A stretch of DNA of 64,000 bases from an uncultured cyanobacterium (GCA_963749915.1 CAVVOP010000005.1:288001-352000), one strand, 5' to 3'; positions 1 through 10,586 are shown, numbered from the stretch's first letter. Made by a program: numbers and translations. Notes: generated by a model from the letters alone, not told the origin.

Positions 1-192
1 GTTCAGGTCAAGGATTTTTCGGCACTTACCCTCAAAGGAGTGAAATTGAGAAACTACCGAAAAAATCAAAACCCCCAGCCAATCAACGATTCGTCGTTAC
101 TTGAGGCTACCTAAAACTGTAATAACAAGTTGTTGTTGATGTTACTGTTTCGGAAAGCTCAATGGTGAAGGTTAAAGTTGTATTTAGTCCTT

Positions 193-396
193 TTAAAGTA
201 AGCCAGTATTCGCTCCGGGGCGTCCAGTAACTAATTTGACTTTAACGATAGATCCACCCATTTTTTGGATTCTTTGTTGTTCTTTAAACCAGTTATCATA
301 AGGAACTAATTTGGTAAAATAGGTGTTTTGCAATTCTCTTTGAGTTCTAATTCTGCTTTGACTTGGTACACAAGCAGTTACTTGAAACATTCTCAT
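193..396 (-). CDS. apcC: Phycobilisome small core linker
   Basis: MRMFQVTACVPSQSRIRTQRELQNTYFTKLVPY; follows apcAB. Confidence 0.98.
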   Translation of the reverse strand: MRMFQVTACVPSQSRIRTQRELQNTYFTKLVPYDNWFKEQQRIQKMGGSIVKVKLVTGRPGANTGLL

Positions 397-533
397 GGGG
401 ATTAGTCTCCTTGATGATTAAATCTCTTTTTCAACTTTTTTCGGAAAATTAGTTTGTTTATATAAAAACAGTTAATTTTTAGTTCTAATTACTCAGATCT
501 AAATTTTAGTTTATGTAAAATTTTAATGATAAC

Positions 534-618
534 GGTTAGGAGTCAAGAGTCAATACTAAACCAATTAAGCCATCTTACAGTCCAATTAAACTAGCACTCA
601 CTCCGGACTTTCCTAACC
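534..618 (-). promoter_or_regulatory. Long stem-loop in the apcB-apcC spacer
   Basis: GGTTAGGA/TCCTAACC outer stem plus inner paired segments. Confidence 0.6.
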
Positions 619-666
619 TTTGCTTAGGTTTTTTAAAAGCGTTAATTACTGAATACCAGTAATCAA

Positions 667-1152
667 TTAGCTTAAACCAGAGCTAATGTAATCGAAGTAA
701 ACACCCATTTCTTTTCCAGCATCAGCACCCACTAAACTAGCAGTAACTTCCTTCATTGCTTGGATTGCCTGAATGGTAGAGCTTATAGGTACACCTAAAG
801 AGTTGTAGGTTTCTTTTAAACCGTTGAGTACACGCTCATCGAGAATAGAAGCATCACCAGCTAACATAGCATAGGTAGAATAGCGGAGATAGTAGTCTAA
901 GTCACGAATACAAGCGGCGTAACGACGAGTGGTGTACATATTACCACCGGGGCGAGTTACGTCAGAGTATAATAGGGATTTAGCCACAGCTTCTTTAACG
1001 ATGGTAGCAGCGTTGGCACTGATTACGCTAGCGGCACGAACACGGAGTTGTCCAGTTTGGAAGTAGCTTTTTAATTTACCTAAAGCGTTGGCGTCGAGGT
1101 ACTTACCTTGTACATCGGAGGAGTTGATTACAGCAGTAATTGCGTCTTGCAT
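667..1152 (-). CDS. apcB: Allophycocyanin beta subunit
   Basis: [10 protein letters not shown]...[16 protein letters not shown]. Confidence 0.99.
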   Translation of the reverse strand: MQDAITAVINSSDVQGKYLDANALGKLKSYFQTGQLRVRAASVISANAATIVKEAVAKSLLYSDVTRPGGNMYTTRRYAACIRDLDYYLRYSTYAMLAGDASILDERVLNGLKETYNSLGVPISSTIQAIQAMKEVTASLVGADAGKEMGVYFDYISSGLS

Positions 1153-1252
1153 TGTTGTTTTCCTTTCTTGTTAATTAACTTTTGCTTAGTATTTTGCAGG
1201 ACTAAAATTATTTAGCACGGATGATAGGGTTTAGGGATTATTAATCTAAAAC

Positions 1253-1738
1253 CTATTGCATTGCTCCGATAACATAATCGAAGTAGGCAGCCGCTTCACC
1301 AGCGTCATCAGAAGACATCATGCCAGTTGCAACTTCTTTCATTTCACGTACACTTTGAGATACCGCACCTACGTCAGTACCTAAAGATTTGTACATTTCC
1401 TTTACGCCGACTAAACCGATTTCCTCGATGGGAGTAACGTCACCAGCTACCACTCCATAAGTGATGAGACGTAGATAGTAGTCCATGTCACGTAAACAGG
1501 TAGCTGTCATTTCTTCGCCGTAAGAATTTCCACCGGGGGAAACAATATCAGGGCGTTTTTGGAATAAACGATCACCCGCTTCTTTAACGATACGCTCACG
1601 AGCACCACTCAAGGTTTCAGCGATGCGTAAACGAGCTTCACCGGAAGTAACGAATGCTTTGATTCTGTCTAACTCACCGGGGCTTAAATAACGTGCTTCT
1701 GCGTCAGCATTCACGATAGATTTCGTGACGATACTCAT
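1253..1738 (-). CDS. apcA: Allophycocyanin alpha subunit
   Basis: [27 protein letters not shown]. Confidence 0.99.
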   Translation of the reverse strand: MSIVTKSIVNADAEARYLSPGELDRIKAFVTSGEARLRIAETLSGARERIVKEAGDRLFQKRPDIVSPGGNSYGEEMTATCLRDMDYYLRLITYGVVAGDVTPIEEIGLVGVKEMYKSLGTDVGAVSQSVREMKEVATGMMSSDDAGEAAAYFDYVIGAMQ

Positions 1739-2162
1739 TGATGGATTCCTCCAAACAAAATATTAAATAGTATTTATTAGTTAAACCAGAATATTAGTTA
1801 AACTGGTATTGAAATTTTGAGAATCCCTACCGATTGACTTGGTAGCTATTTCTCCTCAGTAAGTATAACCTGAGAGGGTTACAAATTCTGATTTATTTTT
1901 TGAAGATGTTTAATTTGTCTTCGCAAATCATTGTGCGGTATTAAGTCCACTTTTGCTTAATTTTCTTAATACTTTTTAACAATTGATTTTATCCATCGAC
2001 AAAAATAACACCTTTGCTTGCTTAGTAATTAGTCATTTTTTTTGGCTTTCACTTTCTAGCATCCACTCTAGATATTGACAGAGTTTCACTTTTCGCCGAG
2101 GATATTTATGGTTGCCGGTGTTGCGTTTCATTTTTCAACTAAACCTACATAGAAGTTTATAT

Positions 2163-3215
2163 ATGAATCTCGATGGACAATTATCCAGTTATGATTATTA
2201 TTTACCACCAGAGTTAATCGCTCAAAATCCCGCCACTCCAAGGGATAGCTCTCGTTTATTGGTTGTTAGGCCAGATGGGGAAGTTTATCATACAGTTTTT
2301 TCTAATTTACCTGATTTTTTGTTACCTGGAGATTTATTGGTTTTAAATGATACCCGTGTAATTCCTGCTCGGTTATATGGTAAAAAGTCAACGGGTGCGG
2401 CAGTTGAGGTGTTGTTAGTAGAGGAAACGGAACATAATTGTTGGTTGGCATTGGTAAAGCCGGGGAAACGTTTTTCTGTGGGCAGTGAAATTTTCTTCGG
2501 TGATTCCCCTTTCTTAAAAGCTACCGTTGTCGGTAAGGATGAGGCCACTGGAGGGCGCTTTTTACAGTTTCAGGTTAACGAGCCTCAATCTTTCTGGTCA
2601 ATATTAGAAGATATTGGCAATATCCCTTTTCCCCCTTATGTTAATGAGTCTCAGGCTCAACCTGAACAGTATCAGACTATTTACGCTGAAAAACAAGGGG
2701 CGATCGCCGCTCCTACGGCTGGATTACACTTTACTGAAAAATTATTGGCAAAATTAAAAGAAAGACAAGTTAATATCACAACGGTGACTCTCCATATAGG
2801 AATTGGTACTTTCCGACCAGTGGAAGCAGAGGATATTGTAACCCATGAAATGCACCAAGAATGGATAGAAATGAATAAAAATACCATTGATGCCATCAAA
2901 AAAACAAAACAACTGGGTAGAAAAGTCATCGCCGTGGGTACAACGGTAGTTAGAACTTTAGAAGGTGCGTATAAACATCAACAAAAATTAGCACCTTTTG
3001 CGGGAAAAACCGACTTATTTATTTATCCGAGCTATACTTTTCGGGTAATAGATGGTTTAATTACTAACTTTCATTTACCTAAATCTAGTTTATTAATGTT
3101 AGTAAGTGCCTTAATTGGTCGAGAAAGATTAATGAATATTTATCAAGAGGCCATTAGGGAAAAATATCGTTTTTATTCTTTTGGTGATGGGATGTTGGTT
3201 CTACCAAATAAGTAG
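2163..3215 (+). CDS. queA: SAM:tRNA ribosyltransferase-isomerase
   Basis: [31 protein letters not shown] 2163 preferred. Confidence 0.97.
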   Translation: MNLDGQLSSYDYYLPPELIAQNPATPRDSSRLLVVRPDGEVYHTVFSNLPDFLLPGDLLVLNDTRVIPARLYGKKSTGAAVEVLLVEETEHNCWLALVKPGKRFSVGSEIFFGDSPFLKATVVGKDEATGGRFLQFQVNEPQSFWSILEDIGNIPFPPYVNESQAQPEQYQTIYAEKQGAIAAPTAGLHFTEKLLAKLKERQVNITTVTLHIGIGTFRPVEAEDIVTHEMHQEWIEMNKNTIDAIKKTKQLGRKVIAVGTTVVRTLEGAYKHQQKLAPFAGKTDLFIYPSYTFRVIDGLITNFHLPKSSLLMLVSALIGRERLMNIYQEAIREKYRFYSFGDGMLVLPNK

Positions 3216-3454
3216 AATTAGAATAATAAATAAACAATGAAATCTAAAAAATATAATAGAAATACAATTCTTCTAAAGCCGTTCAAGAGTTGCGTTTACC
3301 AAACCCTTTATTCCCCGTTTTAACAAATCAAGAATTACTAGGGACTAGAGAATCGTGATCCCCCCCTATGATACAATTAATGGTTTAAGATCAATTCTCA
3401 GAAACAACGTGAAATAAATTAGGAAAATATTTTACATATACGGAGCATAATTTT

Positions 3455-4147
3455 ATGAAGAAAATAAATGCTATTATTATCAGTTTTGTCATTTTTTCCG
3501 TGCTACTGCTTAATCTTGTTGTTAATTCGGCTTCTGCTACGGGAGTATATGATTTGCCTGTGATTAACAGTGGGGAAGATGTTTGGATTCTGGATGCTCC
3601 TGGGGCTATTAGTAAGACCACAGAGGCTAAGTTAACCAGTGAATTGAGAGATTTAGCACAAAATACTGGTAATGAAACCCGTATAGTCGTTATCAACCGT
3701 CTTGATTATGGAGAAACTATTGATTCCCTGACTAATGAGCTTTTTTCTACATGGTATCCTACCCCAGAAGAACAAAATAATCAAACATTATTTGTTTTAG
3801 ACACTTTAACTAATCGTACTGCCCTTCGCACTGGGGAGGGAGTAACTCCTCTTTTAACTCCGAATATTCGCGATAGTGTTGTCAAGGAAACCGTAGTTGT
3901 TCCTCTTAAAAATTTACAATACAATCAGGCTTTGATTGATGCTAGCGATCGCATTGTGGCTGTTCTCTCAGGACAAGAAGATCCCGGTGCTCCCGAAATT
4001 AAGGAGTTAGCTATAGATGGAACTTTTGCCACCGCAGAAGAAACCGACGATCGTAGTGCCACTATTTGGATGATTGTCCTATTAGGATTAGCGACTTTAA
4101 TACCTATGATTACATATTTTTGGTATGTAGGCTTTCCGGGTAATTAG
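3455..4147 (+). CDS. psb32: TPM-domain PSII repair protein
   Basis: Signal peptide, ATGVYDLP, TPM fold, C-terminal TM helix. Confidence 0.88.
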   Translation: MKKINAIIISFVIFSVLLLNLVVNSASATGVYDLPVINSGEDVWILDAPGAISKTTEAKLTSELRDLAQNTGNETRIVVINRLDYGETIDSLTNELFSTWYPTPEEQNNQTLFVLDTLTNRTALRTGEGVTPLLTPNIRDSVVKETVVVPLKNLQYNQALIDASDRIVAVLSGQEDPGAPEIKELAIDGTFATAEETDDRSATIWMIVLLGLATLIPMITYFWYVGFPGN

Positions 4148-4220
4148 GGTAAAATAAAGATATGAAAGCATTGTATTTCATAACCGTCAATTTTAATATA
4201 AACAGGTAATAAGGAAAATT

Positions 4221-4475
4221 ATGCTCACAGACCCCGTTGTTATTAGATATTATCAAAAACTGACCGATGGAATGGTGGATTTATGGCATAGAGGTAGTCG
4301 CTATGAAGAATTGAGAATATATATGCAAGGATATCTAACTTGTCTCCGTCTCACCAACGTCATAGAAGGCTACCAAATCCATCGTTTAGAAGAAGAGGCT
4401 TTTCGTTTTCTCAGAGATCCTTCTAATTTTGAACTAGCCATGCCCCAAATGCAACCAGAACACGGTTACTATTAA
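4221..4475 (+). CDS. Conserved cyanobacterial small protein
   Basis: IRYYQKLTDGMVDLW...FLRDPSNF; AAGGAA RBS. Confidence 0.8.
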   Translation: MLTDPVVIRYYQKLTDGMVDLWHRGSRYEELRIYMQGYLTCLRLTNVIEGYQIHRLEEEAFRFLRDPSNFELAMPQMQPEHGYY

Positions 4476-4681
4476 ACATTAGGCATTCGCAATTATAGCA
4501 ATTAGCCATTAATTTATATATAAACTATCAACGTCCAACGTCTATCTAGTTGGACCAAATATTTGGGCGTTTATTTGTTGTCTGTTCTAAAAAATCCCGT
4601 AGACACTTTCTATTGGCAATAAGTCCCCATTCGCATTAATATAATCCCCTATTAATTAATATCACCCTCAATAGTAAGTTT

Positions 4682-4870
4682 ATGACCAATTCTACTCCTT
4701 CTGAATCCACTACTAACCCCACCGAACCTAGTGTCAAACCTCAAGACAGTTACGTTAAATTGGCAATGCGTAATATGGTGAAAAAAAAGGGTATATCTTT
4801 AAAGCACTTTTTCTTAACAACTTTTGCCTTATTAGGGTTTCTCGTGGGAATTTCTTATTTAACCAGATAA
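4682..4870 (+). CDS. DUF3285-like small membrane protein
   Basis: SYVKLAMRNMVKK...HFFLT plus TM helix. Confidence 0.8.
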   Translation: MTNSTPSESTTNPTEPSVKPQDSYVKLAMRNMVKKKGISLKHFFLTTFALLGFLVGISYLTR

Positions 4871-4990
4871 AAAAGTTAAAAATTAACAATTAATAGTGAA
4901 TATAGCAATCAGGAATCATTCGTGAGAATCAAATAATTGTTTTAAAAGGATTCAGAATCCAGAATCCAGTATTCAGTTATTGGATTATTG

Positions 4991-5497
4991 TCAATTGTTG
5001 TTATAACTCCAACGCAATAAAGTAACGCCCAAGCCGTATTTTAAAACCTCCAAAACCCAATAAGCTTCGTGCCATGAAATCATCGCCGATGGCATTGTTG
5101 TGACCGTGTTAAACTGATTTAAACATAAACCCCATGCACTTAAATGGGGAATAAATAGATAAGTGTAAGCCACAGCTATTAGGAATAGTAAAGTAGAAAA
5201 GGCGACAAATAAGGACTGTTTTTTACGAGAAAAATTATGGTTAAAAGAGAATACAAATGCACAAGTTAAAACTAGAGAAGCACAAATCAACTCAATGCGA
5301 TTAAACACCCCAAAAATTAAAAATCCGGCACTGGCAAAACTACCCTCAGTCATCATGCCGCTAACAGAAAGGGCAGGAATTAAAACGAAATCTAGCAGCA
5401 AGCTGCCACTAAGCCAAAATCCTAATGCAAATAAAATAATAGCAGACCAATTTATTTCTTTATGTTCTTTATGATTTGAGTGAGAAATAGCATTCAT
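4991..5497 (-). CDS. DUF4149-like membrane protein
   Basis: Four hydrophobic helices, FNRIELIC. Confidence 0.75.
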   Translation of the reverse strand: MNAISHSNHKEHKEINWSAIILFALGFWLSGSLLLDFVLIPALSVSGMMTEGSFASAGFLIFGVFNRIELICASLVLTCAFVFSFNHNFSRKKQSLFVAFSTLLFLIAVAYTYLFIPHLSAWGLCLNQFNTVTTMPSAMISWHEAYWVLEVLKYGLGVTLLRWSYNNN

Positions 5498-5651
5498 AAT
5501 AATAGTACCTTTTAATATCTCTACTATTTAGAATAACGCACTATTTCATCTTTTTCTATTAAGTATTTTTAAGGTTTTTTATGAAGTTTAATTAAGTTTA
5601 ATTAATGATTAAACTTAAGGATATATACTTATAAAGTATATAAAAAACGGA

Positions 5652-5711
5652 TCTTCTGCTTTGAGTATGATAATTTGTTAGCTAAAAAAGGTTTTAGTTA
5701 TTAGTTATTAG
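5652..5711 (+). repeat. 60-bp dispersed repeat, copy 1
   Basis: Nearly identical to 42101-42160. Confidence 0.85.
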
Positions 5712-5756
5712 CTGTTTTTAAAAATAGCTAAAAAATCCCTAGCCTAACACCCAACC

Positions 5757-6096
5757 CAATACTGCGAGGGATTTGAATAATTATCTGTTGTGACAAGGAC
5801 AGGGAAGAGGGGGAAGCTTTCGGGTGTAGGTTTTTAATATTTGGGCGAAGGTGAGACTTGGAAGAGGGGGAAGATGGGGAAGATTCCTCAAGGAAAAATG
5901 GTCTTTTCACTCCCTTGTCCACTTTCCTTCCTTGTCCTCCTTGTCTCTCCCTCACCAGAACTTATTGTAAAAAACCTACCCTTGTCAGGGGGGAAGAGGG
6001 GGGGAGAAAAATGCCAAAACCAACGGTGCTTCCCACACTCCCAACACTCCCCACTTCTCATTTGATCAAGTTTTTCAGCTCAACCGAGTGGTATTG
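5757..6096. mobile_element. MITE with CAATAC...GTATTG ends and 10-bp target duplication
   Basis: Left end CAATACTGCGAGGG also at 40360; flanks ACACCCAACC/ACACCTAACC. Confidence 0.8.
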
Positions 6097-6145
6097 ACAC
6101 CTAACCCCTAGCGCCTTTAATGAAGTATTTATGTACTGGTTTTAA

Positions 6146-6262
6146 TTATTCCAGGCCGATTTCGCTACTGCGTTTATATTGACGATAGGCGGCAAAAAAT
6201 AAACCGATGAGGGTGACAGGAATTAACCCTAAAACAATACCGAGTAACAAAGGTTCAATCAT
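6146..6262 (-). CDS. petG: Cytochrome b6f subunit V
   Basis: Hand translation [38 protein letters not shown]; not in ORF track. Confidence 0.97.
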   Translation of the reverse strand: MIEPLLLGIVLGLIPVTLIGLFFAAYRQYKRSSEIGLE

Positions 6263-6449
6263 TAATATTCTCCAGTGTTTAAATTTATTAATTTATCCTA
6301 AAATTTTCCACTTTCCATGCTATCAAAAAAGGTCGAGGGAATCAACAATGAACAGTAAACAATTTTCACCTAAATGAATACTCTTATCGTCTGTATTCTA
6401 ATTTCTAGACTAAAATAAGAGGAAGTTTAGTTTAATAGGTAAGTGGTTT

Positions 6450-6776
6450 ATGACGGATTCAGAAAATTTGTTACAGAAAGCGTTTTATTTAGGTGTCGGC
6501 ATTGCTAGTTATGCAGTGGAAAAAGCCAATGATAAATTTCAGGAATTAAAACAACAAGCTGGAAAAATTGTCCTGACCCCTGATTTTCCTCAACAATTGC
6601 AAAAAATCGCGGATGATATGGTGAATAAGGGAAAAATGAGTGCCGAAGAAGCCCGTCACTTTGTTGATGAAATATTAAAACAGTCACAAACTCAGAGGGT
6701 AGGAAATGACGATCCTAATGCACCACACGAACCGCGTACCATTGAAATAGTAACTGATGATGAGAACGAACAATGA
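6450..6776 (+). CDS. Phasin-like protein
   Basis: LLQKAFYLGVGIAS, DDMVNKGKMSAEEARHFVDE. Confidence 0.75.
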   Translation: MTDSENLLQKAFYLGVGIASYAVEKANDKFQELKQQAGKIVLTPDFPQQLQKIADDMVNKGKMSAEEARHFVDEILKQSQTQRVGNDDPNAPHEPRTIEIVTDDENEQ

Positions 6777-6861
6777 AAAATAGATAATTATAATTAATTA
6801 TACGAGCTAAGGATGAATAATTGAGTTACATTAGAGTCGAGATCTTTTTTATTCTTTGGGA

Positions 6862-7314
6862 ATGATGGATAATTGGGAAAATAATTTGATTAACTGGTTA
6901 GATACTACTCAAAAAGAATTGGAGTCATTTTATACACAAATGAACCAACATTGGCAGAAAAACACTGAGGAATGGCAAAACATATTTAATCAGTTAACAG
7001 AGGAAGTTGAGGACACGCTGACAACAGAATTAAATGAGTTTCTGACAGAGGTCGATGGTTTTGTCATAGAAGTGGCAAAATTGTTCCTTGATGAGGACTA
7101 TCTTAATGATGTTGATGATTACAATTATTTTACTGATGAAGACGAGTTTTATTCATGGTTACAAGACACAAAAACCGGGCCTAACCCAGAAATAAATCCC
7201 GCTTGTCTGGGTTGTAGTAACTATCATGGTCAGACTTATAATGGTAACTTACTTGTCTGTGGTATGCACCCCTATGGTTGGGATGGTGAGACCTGCCCCG
7301 ATTGGCAGGAATAA
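6862..7314 (+). CDS. Acidic helical protein with C-terminal Cys/His motif
   Basis: CLGCSNYHG...VCGMHPYGW...CPDW. Confidence 0.8.
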   Translation: MMDNWENNLINWLDTTQKELESFYTQMNQHWQKNTEEWQNIFNQLTEEVEDTLTTELNEFLTEVDGFVIEVAKLFLDEDYLNDVDDYNYFTDEDEFYSWLQDTKTGPNPEINPACLGCSNYHGQTYNGNLLVCGMHPYGWDGETCPDWQE

Positions 7315-7422
7315 AAGACAGGGGACGACGAGACAGGAGGTTTGAGAAGGAGGTGGGCAAATAAACCCCTACATAAAACTGACTTTTCGGTGATAACAAT
7401 CTGCCGAATGGCTGAAATTTAT

Positions 7423-8601
7423 TTATAAATCAAGGGAATTTTCGATGGCAGATACTAAAACATCCGTCAAAATTTTAATGCGATAACGACAGGCTTGGGT
7501 TTCCATTGAGGCAAATGTGCCGTTTTCCCAATATTTGTTACTACCTGCACCACCGCCGCAAATACCGAAATAACTACAGTTATTTGCACATAATTCTACC
7601 CCTTTATTAATATCATTATAAATAGCCTTAAATTTGTCAGTTTTACAAATAGATTCAAGAGTATTTGTTAATACATTACCAAAAATAAAATCACCATATT
7701 TTTCAGTTTTTATGGATAATAACTCTGGATCAAAAGTAGAAAAATTCCCCTGATAATCATAGTTAACAATGACAAAAGGCTTATTCATATCAGTATTGGT
7801 TAATCTCTTTCCGCTATAAATTAAGCTAATTAAAATCTCAAATTCTCTGATAACAAAAGGTAATTTACTTTCGGTTACTAACTGCCAAAAACGCTCAATA
7901 AATTTACGATATTTATGCTCTATTTTTTTCCCATTTAAAGAGGTTAATTCATTAACTCCCTCCGTTTCTTCCATATTAAAAGCTATGTCATAAATCTCAT
8001 TTTCTGCAAAAAAATTAAACATTTCATCGGCATAATTTAAGGATTCTTCAGTAATAACAGAAATGGTGTTATAGGGGATACTATTTTTTTGTAAATAGCG
8101 GATTCCGCCCATGGTTAAATCGTGAGAATTTCCACCTTTACGGTTTTTTCGGTGGGCATCATGTAAAAAGGCAGGTCCATCAATACTTACGCCGACATGA
8201 ACGGGATATTCTTGCCAAAGATCGCACCATCCTTGATTAATTAATGTACCGTTAGTTTGATAGGAATGATAAAAATAAAAGTCAGTTTTATTATATTTTT
8301 CGTTAGCTTCATTTATGAGTTGAAAGGCAGATTTATAAAAGGAAATTGGCATGGTTAATGGTTCGCCTGCGTGCCAACAAACACTAAAATCACTTTGAAA
8401 AAAAGGACTGGTAAAAATACTTTTGAAAATGGGATCTATTAAGTCCAAAGATAGTTTATTTTGTAGGTGTCGATCTGGTAAATAACAATAATCACAATTT
8501 AAGTTACAAAAAGAATTAGGCTGAATAATAACTAAAGAAATTGGTCCAAATTTAGAGGTATCTTTTAATATTTCTGATTTTTGATTTTCTGCCATCGCCA
8601 T
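7423..8601 (-). CDS. grrM: GrrM/OscB-family cyclophane-forming radical SAM/SPASM maturase
   Basis: QPNSFCNLNCDYCY, WHAGEP, SPASM CANNCSYFGICGGG...C; next to Gly-rich precursors. Confidence 0.92.
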   Translation of the reverse strand: MAMAENQKSEILKDTSKFGPISLVIIQPNSFCNLNCDYCYLPDRHLQNKLSLDLIDPIFKSIFTSPFFQSDFSVCWHAGEPLTMPISFYKSAFQLINEANEKYNKTDFYFYHSYQTNGTLINQGWCDLWQEYPVHVGVSIDGPAFLHDAHRKNRKGGNSHDLTMGGIRYLQKNSIPYNTISVITEESLNYADEMFNFFAENEIYDIAFNMEETEGVNELTSLNGKKIEHKYRKFIERFWQLVTESKLPFVIREFEILISLIYSGKRLTNTDMNKPFVIVNYDYQGNFSTFDPELLSIKTEKYGDFIFGNVLTNTLESICKTDKFKAIYNDINKGVELCANNCSYFGICGGGAGSNKYWENGTFASMETQACRYRIKILTDVLVSAIENSLDL

Positions 8602-8689
8602 TTTTTTAGTAATAAGTAATGAGTATTCCGCCCCCAAGTTTGGGAGAATTAAAATAAGATAAAAGTCCCCAGAATTGGCGATTTAGGGG

Positions 8690-9055
8690 CTAATAGCGAC
8701 GATTTAAGAAGCCTCCACCACCGTCTCCCCAGCCACGATTGTTAAGGAAACCACCACCACCACGATTGTTCAGGAAACCACCACCACCACGATTTCGCCA
8801 GCCTCCACCACCATTAATAAAGCCCCCTACTAATATTTCATTTTCGAGTAAATTTTTTAAATTTGATTCTTCAGGTAAGTCTTTTTCTCTAGCTTTAAGG
8901 GCTTCAGATATGCGACTTAAACGAGTTTCTATATTTTCAGAAATGTCAGCAGAATTGCTGATATTATTAGCATTAATAGCAAGGGTTTTAGGAGCGATCG
9001 CAAGACTTGATAAAGTCATGAAAAAGCCCAACCATGTTAAATTTGTTATTTTCAT
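8690..9055 (-). CDS. grrA: GrrA/OscA1-family RiPP precursor (copy 2)
   Basis: Signal peptide, IETRLSRI leader, repeated F-x-N/W-x-N/W-x-D core. Confidence 0.9.
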   Translation of the reverse strand: MKITNLTWLGFFMTLSSLAIAPKTLAINANNISNSADISENIETRLSRISEALKAREKDLPEESNLKNLLENEILVGGFINGGGGWRNRGGGGFLNNRGGGGFLNNRGWGDGGGGFLNRRY

Positions 9056-9127
9056 AAATTTGTTGATAGTAAAGAAAACAGTTAATTATTAATTGCTAAT
9101 TTTTGATTGCTGATGATTAATTATCAA

Positions 9128-9535
9128 TTACCAACGACGATTTAAGAAACCACCACCATCTCTCCAACCTCGATTGAGGAAGCCACCACCGCCTCGATTA
9201 TTTAAAAAACCTCCGGGACCTCCTCTACGGTTAAGAAAACTTCCCCGGCCAAGGTCTCCCCAACCACCACGACGAAAGTTTACCCAACCACCGCCACCAT
9301 TGAGAAATCTACCTAACAAGATTTGATTATCAGGATAGTTTTGACCATTCTCAGATAAGTCTTTTTCTCTGGCTTTGAGTGCTTGGGAAATACGGCTTAA
9401 ACGAGTTTCTATATTTTCGGAAATGTCAGCGGAATTGATGATATTATTAGCATTAATAGCAAGGGTTTTAGGAGCGATCGCAAGACTTGATAAAGTCATG
9501 AAAAAGCCTAACCATGTCAAATTCGATATTTTCAT
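9128..9535 (-). CDS. grrA: GrrA/OscA1-family RiPP precursor (copy 1)
   Basis: Near-identical leader to copy 2; longer Gly/Arg core. Confidence 0.9.
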   Translation of the reverse strand: MKISNLTWLGFFMTLSSLAIAPKTLAINANNIINSADISENIETRLSRISQALKAREKDLSENGQNYPDNQILLGRFLNGGGGWVNFRRGGWGDLGRGSFLNRRGGPGGFLNNRGGGGFLNRGWRDGGGFLNRRW

Positions 9536-9574
9536 AGGATGTAAATAAATAATTGATCAAGGAAAATGATGGTT

Positions 9575-10510
9575 TTATTTTTTGGGGAAGGGAATTTGTT
9601 CGTGATTGATGATCGTAGTTTTAAAGAACTCCTCGATCGCCTCATCACTAACCACATCAACTACACCATTTGGACCTATCCATTTATTGAGTAATTGACT
9701 CATTTGAGGATCTTTGTTTAAATAACCTTCCATCATTTTAGCAATACTATAGTTAGCAATATTCAAGAAAGTAGAGTTATTTTGCGGGACAATACAACCT
9801 ACTCCATATCGTGCTAAAGGGGGTTCACTAAAGGGCGGAAACTGCTCAAATCCATCTCTATCAACCTGTTGACGTAAACCATCTAAGAGAATACTATCTC
9901 CAGCTAAAGCGTCTATTTTGCCGTCTTTTAACACTGTCACCCCTTCTTCCAAACTAGGCACTTCTACTAATACCGCATTAGGATAGGCTAACTTAATGGC
10001 GTCTCTGACAAAAGTTTGAGGAGGAATCCCCATTTTTTTGTTGGCGAAAGAAGTATCACTGGGAATTTTGCCTTTGGGAAGTAAGACCCGAATGCCTGAA
10101 ATTGTGTATCTTAGGGTAAAGTCAACATACTTATCTCTTTCCCATGTGAAAACTACGTTACAAGCGATGTCAATTTCTCCAGATATCATTTTAGAGATAG
10201 TGTCTTGAGGGGAATTAAGTTCCACAAAATTTAGTTCAATCTTACGCCCTAATTCCTGTTCTAATTGTTGATGAATTAATTTAACTATATCGATGGAAAA
10301 ACCATTCAACTCATTTTCAGGATTATAGTAAGCATAAGGGACAATATTAAAAGGAGTTCCCACAGTGAAAACACCTGATTGAGCGACATTTTCCACTACC
10401 GTACCAGCCATAGTGGGTTTTACCCCCATTGAGAATAACAATCCCATTAAAGAACTAAGAAAAATTTTCTTCCACATGATTTTACCAAAACGCTTTTGCC
10501 ACATTATCAC
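9575..10510 (-). CDS. grrP: Orphan extracellular substrate-binding protein GrrP
   Basis: SBP family-3 features, signal peptide, no permease/ATPase nearby, grr context. Confidence 0.85.
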   Translation of the reverse strand: MIMWQKRFGKIMWKKIFLSSLMGLLFSMGVKPTMAGTVVENVAQSGVFTVGTPFNIVPYAYYNPENELNGFSIDIVKLIHQQLEQELGRKIELNFVELNSPQDTISKMISGEIDIACNVVFTWERDKYVDFTLRYTISGIRVLLPKGKIPSDTSFANKKMGIPPQTFVRDAIKLAYPNAVLVEVPSLEEGVTVLKDGKIDALAGDSILLDGLRQQVDRDGFEQFPPFSEPPLARYGVGCIVPQNNSTFLNIANYSIAKMMEGYLNKDPQMSQLLNKWIGPNGVVDVVSDEAIEEFFKTTIINHEQIPFPKK

Positions 10511-10586
10511 ATAAATGATGGAGATAAAATGTAAATAAATTTTAAAACAAACAACATAAACTTAATTCATCAATAGAATATAGATC

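Noticed and set aside
1..114. Possible 3' end of a plus-strand gene
   Set aside because: Two frames are open and neither is recognisable
602..614. TCCGGACTTTCCT match to the rnpB conserved motif
   Set aside because: Only 13 nt and part of the apc hairpin; no other RNase P elements
5728..6097. Three short overlapping ORFs
   Set aside because: Low-complexity translations of the MITE
8739..9092. Pro-rich plus-strand ORF
   Set aside because: Antisense shadow of the Gly-rich precursor
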